Positions 44,621 through 58,044 of a DNA stretch of 64,000 nt are shown here, in pieces (positions within the stretch are counted from its first letter, which is position 1; the number at the start of each line of letters is the position of its first letter). The DNA comes from the human T2T-CHM13v2.0 reference genome, Homo sapiens. The position numbers were made by a program, and so were the translations under genes. The stretch is from NCBI RefSeq assembly GCF_009914755.1, contig NC_060934.1. The stretch is one strand, 5' to 3'. The notes under the pieces were generated by a model. The model saw nothing but the letters and a program-made list of their open reading frames with translations, made no database searches and had not been told where the DNA came from.

Positions 44621-45079
44621 CCCATCCCAGAACTTCTGTTTAAAGGATGCAGGACTGAAGACCTTGCTAAACACACATCAAAACAAAGCCCCTGTTTTCT
44701 TATTTTAAAAAAGACTTACTTTTTAATCCAATTGTCATTAGTACTTTTGGATTATTTTTCTTAAAATTGTTCACAAAATTTTGTTAGTTTAGGCCCCACA
44801 AAACCTAAATTCAACTGGGCCTTCCTCCTATATATAATCTCTTCTAGAATGACTGACGAGAAGTCTGGAAATGCATCCATGAGGATGTCCACTTGGTTTT
44901 CGCTCAATATTTCCATGCTGCCCAAACTTTGCTCAAGGCAAGAGGGGCACTATAACAGAAAACGGAAACTAGATGACTGTTGTCAATGTCCCAGAGTCTT
45001 ACAGGTTCAATTGTGGCATTGCCTGTCAAATATGAGAGATGGTTAGAGGCACAAAAGATGGGTAGGATTTTGTAAAAAG

Positions 45080-48000
45080 TTTTGTTTTTAATTTTTGTGG
45101 TACATAGTAGGTGTGTATATTTATGAGGTACACAAGATGTTTTGATACAGGCATGCAATACATAGTAATCACATGGAAAATGAGGTATCCATCCCCTCAA
45201 GTATTTATCCTTTGTGTTATAAACAATCCAATTATACTCTTAGTTATGTAGACATGTACAATTAAATTATTATTGCCTGTAGTCACCCTGTTATGCTATC
45301 AAATACTATGTTGTGTTATCAAATACTACTCATTGTTTGTAACTATTTTTTTTGTACCCATTAACCATCCCCACCTCCCCTCAGCCCCTTACCACCCTTC
45401 CAGTCTCTAAAAACTATCCCGCTACCATCTCCATAAGATCAGTTATTTTCATTTTTATGTTCCACAAACAAGTAAGAACACGTGATGTATATCTTTCTGT
45501 GCCTGGCTCATTTCACTTAGCATAACGACTTCTGCTTCCATCCATATGGTTGTAAATGACAGGATCTTATTCTTTTAAATGGTTGAAAAATACTTCATTG
45601 TGTATATGTACCGCATTTTCTTTATCCATTTGTCTGTTGATGGACATTTAGGTTGCTTTCAAGTCTTGGCTACTGTGAATAGTGCTGCAACAGACATATG
45701 GGAGAGCAGATATCTCTTTGTTATAATGATTTCCTTTGTTTTGGGTATATACCCAGGAGTGGGATTGCTGGATCATATCTATTTTTAGTTTTCTGAGGCA
45801 TCTCCAAAGTGTTCTTCATAGTGGTTGTACTAATTTACTTTCCCACCAACAGTGTATAAGAGTTCCCTTTTTGCCACATACTTACTAGCATTTGTTATTC
45901 CTTTTCTTTTGGATATAAACCATTTTAACTGAGGTGAGATGACATCTCACTGTAGCATTGATTTGTATTTCTCTGATGATCAACGATGTTGAGCATCTTT
46001 TCAGATGCCTGTTGATCATTTGTATGTCTTCTTCTGAGAAATGTCTATTCAAATCTTTTGGCCATTTTAAAATAAGACTGTTAGATTTTTTCCTATAGAG
46101 TTGTTTGATCTGCTTATATATTCTAGTTATTAATCCCTAGTAAGATGGATAGTTTGCAAATATTTTCTCCCACTCTGTGGGTTGTCTCTTCACTCTTTTG
46201 ATTGTTTTCTCACTGTGCAGAAGCTTTTTAACTTGATGTGATCCCATTTGTCCATTCTTGGTTTGGTTGCCTGTGCTTGTGGGGTTTAATTTAAGAAACT
46301 TTTGCCCAGACCAGTGTCCAGGAGAGATTCCCCAATGTTTTCTTGCATCAGTTTCATAGTTTGAGGTCTTACGTTTAAGCCTTTATTGCATTTGTATTTG
46401 ATGTCTGTGTATGGCAAGTGATAAGGGTCTGGTTTCATTCTTCTGCATACGGATATCCAGTTTTCCCAGCACCATTTTTTGAAGAGACTGTCTTTTTACC
46501 CAGTGTATGTTTTTGGTAACTTTGTCTAAAATGAGTTCACTGTAGGTGTGTGATGTTGTTTCTGGGTTCTCTATTCTATTCCATCAGTTGATATGTCTGT
46601 TTTTATGCCAGTACCATGTTGTTTTGGTTATGATAGCTCTGTAGTATAATTTGAAGTCAGGTAATATGATTCCTTGAGTTTTGTTCTTTTTTGCTTAGGA
46701 TAGCTTTGCCTATTTTGGGTCTTTTGTGGTTTCAAAAATTTTAGGATTTTTTTTCTATTGCTGTGAAGAGTGTCATTGGTATTTTGATGGAGATTGCATT
46801 GAATCTGCACATTGCTTTGCACACCATGGACATTTTAACAATATTTATTATTCCAATTCATGAACATAGAACCTCTTTCCATTTTTTTGGTGTCTTCTTC
46901 AATTTCTTTCATTAGTGCTTTATAGTTTTCATTATAGCTATATTTCACTTATTTGGTTAGGTTTATTCATAGGTATTTAATTTTATTTGTGACTATTGTA
47001 AATGAAATTATTTTTGCTTTCCTTTTCAGATGGTTCACTATTTATTAACCTACAAAATGCTACTAATTTTTATATGTTGATTTTGTATGTTGCAACTTTA
47101 CTGAATTTGTTTATCAGCTTGAATACATTTTTTGGACAGGCTTTATGTTTTTTTAAAAAAAATATAAGCTCATATCGTCTGCAAACAAGGCTAATTTGAC
47201 TTCTTCCTTTCCAATTAAGATTTCATTTATTTATTTCTCTTGTCTGATTGTTGTAGGTAGAACCTCCAGAATGTGGTGAATAATCAAGGTAAAATTGGGC
47301 ATCCTTATCATGTTCCAGATCTTAGGGGAAAGGCTTTCAGTTTTTCCCAATTAAGTATGATACTAGCTGTGAGTTTATTATATACGGTTTTTATTATGTT
47401 GAGATATGTTCCTTCTATCCCCAGTTTTTTGAGGGTTTTCATCATGAAGAAATGTTGAATTTTTATCAAATGCTTTTTCAGCATCAGTTGAAAAAATAAT
47501 ATAGTTTTTATCCTTCATTCTGTTGATGCAATGTATCACATTGATTGATTTGTGTATGTTGAACCATCTTGGCCTTCTTCATTTTTTGGAAATACTTTGA
47601 GTAGGATTGGTATTAATTCTTCTTTAAATGTTTCATAGAATTCAGCAGTGAAGACATTGAGTTCTGGTCTTTTTATTATGGCTTTGATCTCATTACTTGT
47701 TATTGGTCTATTCAAGTTTTAGATTTCTTCCTAGTTCAATCTTTATCAGTTGTATGTGTCTCAGAATTTGTCCATTTCTTCTAGATTTTCCAACTTATTG
47801 GCATATTGTTGCTTATAGTAGCCATTAATGATACTTTGCATTTCTGCAGTATTGGTTGTAACGTCTCCCTTCCTGTCTCTGATTTTATTTATTTGCATCT
47901 GCTCTCTTTTTTTTTTAGTCTGGCAAAAGGTTTGTCAATTTTGCTTAACTTTTCAAAAACCAACTTTTTGTTTTATTGATCTTTTGTATTTTCTTCATTT

Positions 48001-51000
48001 TAATTTTATTTATTCTGCTCTGATCTTTTTCTTTTACCAACTTTAGGTTCAGTTTGCTCTAGCTTTTTCAGTTCTTTAAGATGCATCCTTAGGTTTTTTA
48101 TTTGAAGTTTTTCTTCTTTATTTGATGTAGGCACTTATAGGTATACATTTTCCTCTTAGTACTGGTTTTGCTGTATCCCTAAATTTTGGTATGTTGTATT
48201 TCCATTATCATTTTTTCCAAGAAATTTTCCAATTTCCTTTTTAATTTCTTCATTGACCCACTGGTTATTCAGGATCATGTTAATTTCCATGTAATAGTAC
48301 AGTTTCTAAAACTCCTTTCATGAATAATTTCTAGTTTTAGTCCATTGTGGTCAGAAAAGATGCTTAAAATTATTTTAGTTATTTTGAATGTTTTAAGACT
48401 TGTTTTGTGACCTAACATATTGTCTATTTTTGAGAATGATCCATGTGTTGAGGAAAAGAATGTGTATTCTGCAGCTGTTGGATACAATGTTCTGTAAATA
48501 TCTATTATGTCCATTTGTTCTGTTGCTGCTTTTAGGATCCTTTCTTTATCCTTGCACTTTGGGATTTTGATTAAATGCCTTAAAGGAATCTTTGGGTTAA
48601 ATCTGTCTGGTGTTCTAGAATCTTCCTGTAGTTGAATATTGATGTATTTCTCTAGATTTGGGAAATTCTCTGTTATTATCTTTTAAAATAAACTTTCTAC
48701 CCTATCTCTCTCTCTCTCTTTTTTTTGATGGATTCTCACTCTGTTGCCCAGAATTGAGTGCAGTGGCGCGATCTCAGCTCACTGCAACTTCCGTCTCCTG
48801 GGTTCAAGCAATTATCCTGTCTCAGCCTCCTGAGTAGCTGGGATTACAGGAGTGTACCACCATGCTCAGCTAATTTTTGTATTTTTAGTACAGATGGGGT
48901 TTCACCATGCTGGCCAGGCTGGTCTCAAACTCCTGACCTCAGGTGATCCGCCAGCCTCGGCCTCCCAGAGTGCTGGAATTACAGGGGTGAGCCACCTATC
49001 TCTTTTTTTTACCTCTTCTTTTAGGCCAATAACTCTTTGGTTTCTCCCTTTGAGGCTATATTCTAGATCTTATAGACATGCTTCATTGCTTCATTTTTTA
49101 AAATTCTTATTCTTTTGTCTTCTCTGGCCATGTATTTTCAAATAGCCTGTCTTCAAGTTCACCAATTCTTTCTTCTGCTTGATCAATTCTGCTATTAAGA
49201 CTCTAATGCATTCTTCATTGTGTCAATTGCAATTTTACCTCCAGAATTTCTGCTTGATTCTTTTCAATTATTTTAATCTCTTTGTTAAATTTATCTGATA
49301 GAATTCTGAATTCCTTCTCTGTGTTATCTTGAATTTCTTTGAGTTTCATATTTTGAATTCTCTGCATTAAAGTTCACATATCTCTATTTCTCCTGGATTG
49401 ACCCCAGTGCTTTATTTAGTTCACTTGGTGAGGTCATGTTTTCTGGGATGGTATGGATACTTTTAGGTGTTTATTTGTGTCTGGGCATTGAAGAGTTAGG
49501 TATTTATTGTAGTCTTTGTAGTTTGGGTTTGTTTGTACTTGTCCCTGGGGAGGCTTTCCAGATATCAGAAGAACTTCACTGTTGTTATCTGAGGAGTATC
49601 TGCTTTAGGTGGCACCTCAAACCCAGAAATTTTATGGTTCTTGCAGACTCATGGAGGTACCGCCTTGATGATCTTTGAAGAGATCCATAAAACTTGTCTG
49701 GATTATGAGGCAGAGTCTCTTGTTCCCTACTGTTATTTTCTTCCAAACAAACAGAGCTTCTCTCTATTCTGAGCCACCTGGATCTGCAGATAGCGTGACA
49801 CAAGCACCCCTGTGACCACTACCACTACGTCTGTGCTTGGTCAGACCTCAAGCCAACTCAGCACTGGGTGTCACCCAAGGCTTGCTGTAACCACTCCCTG
49901 GTTGGTTTAAGGTGTAGGGGCTCTACGATGAGCCAGTGGCAATGTCAGCCAGGCCTGTGTCCTTCTCTTCAGGAGGGTGGGTTCCCTTAGGCCCTGGATG
50001 GGTCTGGAGGTGCTGTTCAGGAGCCAGGCACTAAAGTAAAATACCTTAGAAGTCTATCTGTTGTTCTATTGTACTGCAGCTTGGCTGGCAGTCAGAACAC
50101 AAGACACAGTCCTTCCCAATTTTCCCTCCCCTTTCCGAAGGCAGAGGTGCACCCATGTACACCACCACCACAGGCCCATGTGGAGTATTGCCAGACTACT
50201 GTTGATGTTTTCTTAAGGCCCAAGAGCACTTTCCTCACCTTGTGGGGAATGCTGCCTGGCCTGGGACTCACCTTTCAGGGCAGTGGTCTCCCCTCTAGCC
50301 CAGAGCAGGTCTAAAAATGCCATTTAAGAGCCAAGTCCTGGAATCAGGGACCCCAAGAGTCTGCTTTGTGCCCTACCCACTGTGGCCGAGCTGGTACCTA
50401 AGGTGGAAGATAGGGTCCCCTTTACTTTTCCCTTCACTTTTCTCAAGCAGAGGAAGTAGTAGCTGGAAATGTGCTGAGTCTCTCACTTAAAGTCAGCAAG
50501 TCACACAATCTCACCCAAGGCCCACTGTGTACTACCTGTGTATTGCTAATGGTTACTCAGGGCCCAAAGATTCTTCAGTTAGCAGATGATGGATCCTGCC
50601 AGAACTGGGTCCTTCCCTTCAATGAAGTGGTTTCCCTTCTGGACAAGGGTGTATCTGGAAATGTTGTACTGGAGGTAGGGCCTCATGACTCTGACTGGTG
50701 CCCTATCCTGTTGTGGCTGAACTGGTATTTAGGATGCAAGACAAAGTCCTTCCCACTTTTCCCTCTCCACCTCAAGCAGAAGGAAGGGGTCTCTTTTGGA
50801 GCCACAAACTGTGCAGCCTAGGGTTAGGGCAGGGGTAATGCCAACATTCCCTTGGCCACCCTGGCAGTTGTCTCAGTAGGTCACATGCATCTCTCCCTGT
50901 CCACTGGCTCTGGACCAGTGCAGCACTAGGAGTCATCTAGGAGTTGTAGTCTTTGTGTCCTAGACTGCCATTCAAGTTATTTGGGGTCCCACAGTACTTT

Positions 51001-51450
51001 AGCCTGCAGTTCCAAGGCTTGCAGGAACTCAAGTTCTGATCACTGGGATCAACAATTAACCTCTGGCTAGGGCTGGCTTAAATGCTTTCTCCGTGGGTGG
51101 ACATCAGCTGACTTCGGTCCAGTTTTGCTTTCTGCTATAACAGGGCAGTGGTGAGTTCAATGTCTCACAATTTCTGTGCTCTCCTGCTTCCCAAAGCGTA
51201 GAATCACTCTCTGAACCAAGTTGTTGCTGCTGGAGGATGGGAGAGGAGTGTTGCTGGCGATTCAAGATTGTTTTTCCTACCTCTTTAGTGCCCCTTTCAG
51301 CTATTTGAAATTAAAAAGAGGTACTGTGGGTTCTTACCTGATTATTGGTTCTTATGAAGGTGTGTAGATAGTTGTTAAATTAGTGTTTCTGTAGGTGGGG
51401 GTGGTACAATAGATGGAGCCTTGTATTCCACCATCTTGCTCCACCCCAAG
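45080..51450 (-). mobile_element. Near full-length L1MA2-like LINE-1 with internal deletions
   Basis: 3' end tttttaatttttgtggtacatagtaggtgtgtatatttatg; ORF2 to about 48520; ORF1 about 48520-49600; long 5' UTR ending ccatcttgctccacccc (YY1-type CAAGATGG at 51431-51438). Confidence 0.9.
48719..48996 (-). mobile_element. AluSx/Sz-like nested in L1 ORF1
   Basis: Alu dimer about 10 nt 5'-truncated; TSD cctatctct on both sides. Confidence 0.95.
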
Positions 51451-53363
51451 TCCAAAATTCTTTGGAAAGGACATTATTTTGGCACTAGTAGGAAGTAAAA
51501 TAGGGCCATTAGACCTTAAACATGTGTTTGGAGTTAATAAAATTACTTTATGGGGAAATCCTAAAATCCATAGAAAAGAAAACTAGTAATTCACTATGTA
51601 GGGTCACTGGAGAATTTTAAAATGGGCAGTGGGGCAGCACATACTATTTTAAATTGCTAACCTTGTCTGTTTTAGAAGTTGTCACAAAGTAAAATAGAAG
51701 ATTTTTTTTTTTTTTTTGGATTTCAAAGAAAAATGCATTTCAAAGGAAACAGCAAATAGAGTGTTTAAAATCACCGGGTATACTCCAAGAGAGAAATCTG
51801 AAAGCAAAACTATCAATTTTAAGTGAAGGGATGAAGCAAGGAAGTAAAGGCTTTCTGATGCTCTATGAGATGTGATTATTAATGATAGTAGAATCTTTTC
51901 AAAATGCCCCAGTAGGTCATGTATTGTGCTGTTTTACAATATAAATTCAAAACAAACACCTGTTGCTTCTTGGACCTCACTGCCTATTGCCTAACCAATA
52001 CCACATTTTTTTTCCTCTTACTAACCATCGGGCTGAAGTCCCATTTCTGAAAAATAAATAAAGCTACTGCAAAATAGCAGGAAAAGGAACAGTCTTCACC
52101 CCAACCTCTCTCACTATAAGCACTTCGTATTCCTGTGTGTTTGTAAGGTTTTTCTTAATGTTTCAGTGGGTTTTCATTGCTTTTTTTTTGCTACTTTCCC
52201 ATAAGGTTGCCAGGTACATTTAAGGAAGAAATAAGAGTTCTATTTCTAACATGGTCTTTAAAAATGAAATTCAGAGAAATAAATATTTAGGATCATTTCT
52301 GAATTGTTGTGTTGTATATTTATTGTATCTCCATAATGTTAAAAATTTTCAGTTATTTTGCTGTTGTCTTACCAACATGATGATTATTTGAACAAAAAAT
52401 ATATTTTTAGGCACTTTGAAGGATGCAGAGTTGATTAGGATGTAGTCAATGCTTTCACAGAAGTTTTAGGTGAAGAAAAATAACACAAAAGAAAAATATT
52501 TATAACGTATGTCAAGTTATTTACTTTATCTGAAGTTGCTTAAAATGACCAAATTCGAGCGTACAAGTCTGTCTGCCCAATAACAGCAAATATAGCATTT
52601 GCACCTTTATAGTCTCTTACATCAAGAACAGTACTTGGCATAGAGTAGATGTCTAGTTATGTCTATAATCTTTAGAATTATCAGAGAGACAGTTCTACAG
52701 CCATACAGAATGTAATTGGGCAGCTAAAAATGCATTAGACACTTTACTATCAGGGTGATGCTGGCTGCACAAAATGAGTTTGGAAGTATTTTCTGTAATT
52801 CTATTATTTGGAAGAGTTAACAAGGATTGGTACTAATTCTTCTCTGAATGTTTGGAAGAATTCAGCTGTGTAGCCATCTGGTCCTTGGGTTTTGTTTCTT
52901 AGGAGGTTTTTTTTTTTATTACTACTGCAATTTTTCATTTGCTATTGGTCTGTTTCTAGTTTTTTTTTTTCATGATTCAGTCTTGGATGGTGTATGTTTC
53001 TAGGAATTCATCTATTTCCTCTAGGCTTTCCAATTTATTGGCATTATAATTGTTCATAGTAGTTCCTTATGATCCTTTTACTTATGATCCTATTTATTCT
53101 GTTATGTCGCTTCTTTCATTTCTGGTGTTATTTATTTCTTTTCTTTTTTCTTCTTAGTTAGTCTAGCTGAGAAGTTTCCCATTTTGTTTATTTTTTCAAA
53201 TAACCAATTATAGTTTGATTGATTTTTTTCTATAGTTTAAAAATTCTCAATTTATCTCTGCTCTGATATTTATTATCTTCTTCCTTCTGCTAACTTTTGG
53301 TTTAGTTTCTTCTTTTTTTATTCCTTTGAGGTATAAAGGTAGGTTGTTTATATAAGCTCATTC

Positions 53364-53660
53364 TTTTTTTGTTTGTTTTGTTTTGTTTTTTCCTTTTATA
53401 GAGACAGATCTTGCTCTGTCACTCAGGCTGGAGTGCATGAGCATGATTATAGCTCACTGCAGCGTTGATCTCCTGGGCTCAAGCAATCCTCCTACCTTAG
53501 CCCCATGAATAGCTGAGACTGCAGGCACACATAACCACTCTTGGCTAACTTTTTAATTTTTGATAGAGACAAGGTCTCACTGTGTTGCACAGGCTAGTCT
53601 CAAACTTCTGGCTTTAAGCGATCCTCTTGCCTCTGCTTCCTACAGTGCTGGAATTACGGT
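53364..53660 (-). mobile_element. AluJ nested in L1
   Basis: AluJ diagnostics atagctcactgcagc..ctcctgggctcaagcaatcctcc; tagagacaaggtctcactgtgttgc. Confidence 0.9.
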
Positions 53661-54116
53661 CTTTCTCTCTCTCTTTTTTAATGTAACTGTTTATTGTTAT
53701 AAACATCCATTTTATTATTGCTTTTGTTGCATCCCATGAGTTTTTTCTAGACGGTGTCTTAATTTTTGTCTCTAGATATTTTTAAAATTCTCTTTTGATT
53801 TCCTCTTTGACCCAGTGGCTGTTCAAGAGTGTGTTATTTAGTTTTTACATGTTGATTAATTTTCCCATGTTCTTGCTGTTATTGATTTCTACTTTTATTC
53901 AATTGATTAAAGACATAAATATAAGACCCAAAACTGTAAAACTATTAAAAGAAAACAAAAGGGAAATTGTCCTTGATATTGGCCCTGGCAATGACTATTT
54001 GGATATTACAGCCAAAGCTCGGATAACAAAAGTAAAAACAAACATGTGGGATTGAATCAAACTAAAAGCTTCTGCACAGTAAAGGAAACAAACCACAAAA
54101 TTAAAAAGGCAGCCTT

Positions 54117-55328
54117 AGCTAGCCACATGCAAAACATTGAAACTGGACCCTTACCTTTCACCATATATGAAAATTAACTCAAGATGAATTAAATATCTAA
54201 ATGTAAGACCTAAAACTATAAAATTCTTAGAAGAAAACTAGAAAAATCTCTTCTGGACGTTGGCCTAGGCAAATAATTTAAGACTAAAACCTCAAAAGCA
54301 AATGCAACAGAAACAAAAATTGACAATTGGGACCTAATTTAAATAAAAAGCTTCTGCACAGCAAAATAAACTATCAACAGCATAAACACAGCCTATAGAA
54401 TGGGAGAAAATATTTGCAAACTACACATCTGACAAAGGACTAATATTCAAAATCTATAAGAAACTTAAACAAAGCAACAAGAAAAATCAAATAACCCCAT
54501 TAAAAAGTGGGCAAAGAACATGAACAGACACTTCTCAAAAGAAGACATACAAGCAGCCAACAAACATATGAAATAATGCCCAACGGCACTAATAATCAGA
54601 GAAATGAAAATTGAAACTGCAATGAGATACCACCTCACACCAGTCAGAATGGATATATTAAAAAGTAAAAAATAACAGTGAACATGTAGAGAAAAAGGAA
54701 CATTTGTACACTATTGATGGGAAAGTAAATGAGTTCAATCCCCGTGGATAGTAGTTTGGAGATTTCTTAAATAACTAAAACTAGAACTATTATTTGACCC
54801 AGGAATCCCATTACTGGGTATTTGCCCAAAGGAAAAGAAATCATTCTACCAAAAAGACACCTGCACTCATATGTTTATCACAATAGTATTCACAATAGCA
54901 GAGTCATAGAACCAACCTAGGTGTGCATCAATAGTGGATTAGATAAAGAAAATGTGGTACATATACATCATGGAATACTACACAGCCAACAAAAAGAAAC
55001 AAAACCATGTCCTTTGCAGCAACATAGATGCAGCAGGAGGCCATTATCCTAAGTGAATTAATGCAGAAACAGAAAATAAAATACTGCATATTTTCACTTA
55101 TAAGTGGAAGCTAAACAAGGAGAACACATGGACATAAAGATGGAAACAATTGACACTGGGGACTCCAAACTGGGAGAGGGAGAGAGGGGACAAGAGTTGA
55201 AAACCTACTTATTGGGTACTGTGTTCCCTATGTGGTGGTGATGAGTTCAACAGAAGCCCAAATCCCAACATTATGCAAAACATCCATGTAACAACCCTGT
55301 ACATGTATCCCTTGAACCTAAAAATTAA
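54117..55328 (+). mobile_element. L1PB4/L1PA17-like 3' fragment nested in L1MA
   Basis: TSD aaa(a/g)aggcagcctt at 54103-54116 and 55329-55342; 3' end actggggactccaaa...gaagcccaaa..cattatgc..atccatgtaac. Confidence 0.88.
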
Positions 55329-56510
55329 AAAGAGGCAGCCTTTGGATTAGGAGAAAATATTTTCAAACCATATATCTTATAAGGGGTTAATATCCAAAAT
55401 GTATAAGTAGCTCACACAACTCAAGAGTAAAAAACCAAATAAACTGATTTTAAAAATGCAAAGAGTCTGAATAGACATTTCTTAAAAGAAGAAATCCGTA
55501 TGACCAATAGGTATATGAAAAGGTGCTCAGCATAATTAATCATCAGGGAAATGAAAATTAAAACCACAATGAGAAATTATCTAGTACCATTTAAGATAGC
55601 TGCTGTCTAAAAGACAAAAAATAAATATTGGCAAGGAAGTAAAGAGAAGAAAACCCTTAGGTATTTTTGGTGGAAATGTAAATTGGTATAGGCAGTATGG
55701 AGATTTCTCGAAAAATTACAAGTAAAACTGCCTGATGACCCAGGAATCCCTCTGTTGCCTGTATGTCCAAAGGAAATGAAATTAGCACCTTATAGAGATA
55801 TCTGCACTCTCATGTTTATTGCAGTGTTATTCACAATTGCCAAGGTATAGAAATAATCTGTGCCTATCAACAAATGACTGGATTAAAAACATATGTTATA
55901 TACATTTATGCAACAGAATATTGTTTAGCCTTAAAAAAGAGATACCACCATTTACAACAACATGGTTGAACCCAGAGGACATTATGCTAAGTGAAATAAG
56001 CCAGCCACAGAAAGAAAAATACTATATGATCTCACCCATATGTGGAATCTAACAAAGTGGTGTTGGATAAATAGAAACAGAGTAGAAATGTAGTTACCAG
56101 GGGCAGGGAGGGGAAAAAATGGTGAGAAGTAGGTTACTACTATTACCATTATTGCCTTATTTATTCTACCTAAGTACAAAAATCTATTGTATAGCATGAG
56201 GACAATAGTTAATAATATTGTATTGCATACGGAAAATTTGCTAAGAGAATAGATTTTAAATGTTCTTACCACAGATAAAATGGTACTATGGAAGGTGATG
56301 GATATATTAATTTGTTTTACATGCAATGACAATTTATAAACTATGTATATAAACTATATAAAACCATTAAAACATCATGTGGATACCTTCTATATATACA
56401 ATAGAATAAATTTTTAAAAGAAGAATAAGACACAATCACTCAACTCACTGGAGGTGGTGAGATGATTCATAATTCAGAACAATGTAAGACTTAAAAAAAA
56501 GTAAGTCCTT

Positions 56511-56637
56511 ACAAAGGACATGGACAGACATTTCTCAAAAGAAGACATCCATGCAGCCAACAAATATATGAAGAAAAGCTCAACATCACTTATCAGTAGA
56601 AAAATGCAAATCAAAACCACGATGAGATACCATTTCA
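56511..56637 (+). mobile_element. Isolated internal L1P ORF2 fragment
   Basis: caaaggacatggacagacatttctcaaaagaagacat...aaatgcaaatcaaaaccacgatgagataccat; no tail or TSD. Confidence 0.85.
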
Positions 56638-56899
56638 TTGATAATCCCCAATACACACACAAGAAGATACATGAATAAAAATATGCTCACTGGAGCCTCA
56701 CAGCCAACTTGAAAGCAACTGCAGAAGCCTAGAGGCTTTGCAAACTCCAAAAGCGAGTGACTGCTAGGGGTTGGTTTAAGCCCTAAAGGAGATGAATGCT
56801 CTGAGTCAAACGACCTCTCCAAGTCAGTCATTCAAAGTGTCCTTTCATTAAAATCTCCACACTGAGGAGTGGTACAATCTAGACAAAAGAAAGTCTAAG

Positions 56900-57990
56900 A
56901 TAAAAAGTGAAAGACAGAAACACGATTAGGAGCCATCAGGAAATAAGGAAGCATAGTTTGAACATCACACCAAAACAACAGAAAAGGATACTCTAGAGCC
57001 ACAAAGCATACAAAAATGAATTTCTTATATAATGAATAACAAAAGAATTTTGAAAATCATATAAAAGTTCTTATAAGAAAAAGAGAATAAGTAGTAGAAT
57101 AATATTTCTACCTCAGTGAAAACATGCCAGAAAAAGATGAGAATTATATATCAATGAAAGATAAATTATGTAAAGATAATGACACAATGTATATAAGTCA
57201 TAATTAGAAACTCTTGGACATGTCTTAGATCTTAGTAAAGAATTATCAATAAAATGTAAACAATCATTTTACAATCAAAATTAACTATGAAGGAATGGAG
57301 AGTGAATAATAATGCAAAAACAAAGATGAAGAAACATAAAAAGGATTTGAGAGGAAGTAGTAAATTTAAGGATATGCAAGAAGATTCAGCATGATATATT
57401 AGGTATCTCAGAAGAATGACAAAAATTATAGAAACAGATTCAAGAGTAAAAATTATAATTCTAAGTATTTTTTTCTGAAAAAAAAAAACAGGTTTAAAAT
57501 TATGTGTTAAATAGGCTAGTTTTATACTTAAGGAAAATTGACCCTGAATGACCAATACTGAGATATATTTAGTAAAATTTCTAAACTTTAAAGAAGAAGA
57601 AAAAGAAAAACAAACAAAAACACTTCTGAGTATCCCAGCAAAGTTGCCACAACACTTATAAGTGAAGGAAAATCAGTTTATCATCAGTCTTTTCTACAAC
57701 AACAGTTGAAGAAGTGTTGTTTCTAGAAGAAAATATAGTGATACTTTTAATATTCCCAAGGAAAGAAAATGGAATCAAAAGATATTTTAATCCAGACAAA
57801 TTGACTTCCAAATATAAAGATGGAAAATAAATTATTATGTATAACAAATAACTCAGGGAATATTGTTTCTATGAGTTCTTCTAGGGATTTCTTCTGGAAA
57901 ACAAACTATAGAGCATCAAAAACAAATATATAAAGAGACAATAACATAAGGACACGAATATAGAAAATAAAATAATTTTGATCATTTTTA
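56900..57990 (+). mobile_element. HAL1-like (ORF1-only L1 relative), degraded
   Basis: A-rich ORF1-like text with ggaaaattgaccctgaatgaccaatactgagatatatttagtaaaa and actcagggaatattgtttctatgag motifs. Confidence 0.65.
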
Positions 57991-57999
57991 TAAATAAGC

Positions 58000-58003
<4 letters not shown>

Positions 58004-58043
<40 letters not shown>
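58004..58043. repeat. (TG)20 microsatellite
   Basis: Uninterrupted TG run. Confidence 0.97.

Positions 58044-58044
<1 letters not shown>

Larger units (their letters stand above)
52743..56416 (+). mobile_element. L1MA8-like LINE-1 with 5' inversion (52743-about 53900 antisense; about 53900-56416 sense)
   Basis: Strand switch at ttttattcaattgattaaagac; L1MA8/9-type 3' end; degraded 17-bp TSD aaaaatgcattagacac / aaagaagaataagacac (13/17). Confidence 0.8.

Noticed and set aside
44444-44674. ORF with MEWNG repeats
   Set aside because: Translation of (GGAAT)n
56135-56173. Short segment in the L1MA 3' UTR that looks inverted relative to consensus
   Set aside because: Match is short and depends on recalled consensus; cannot be supported without alignment
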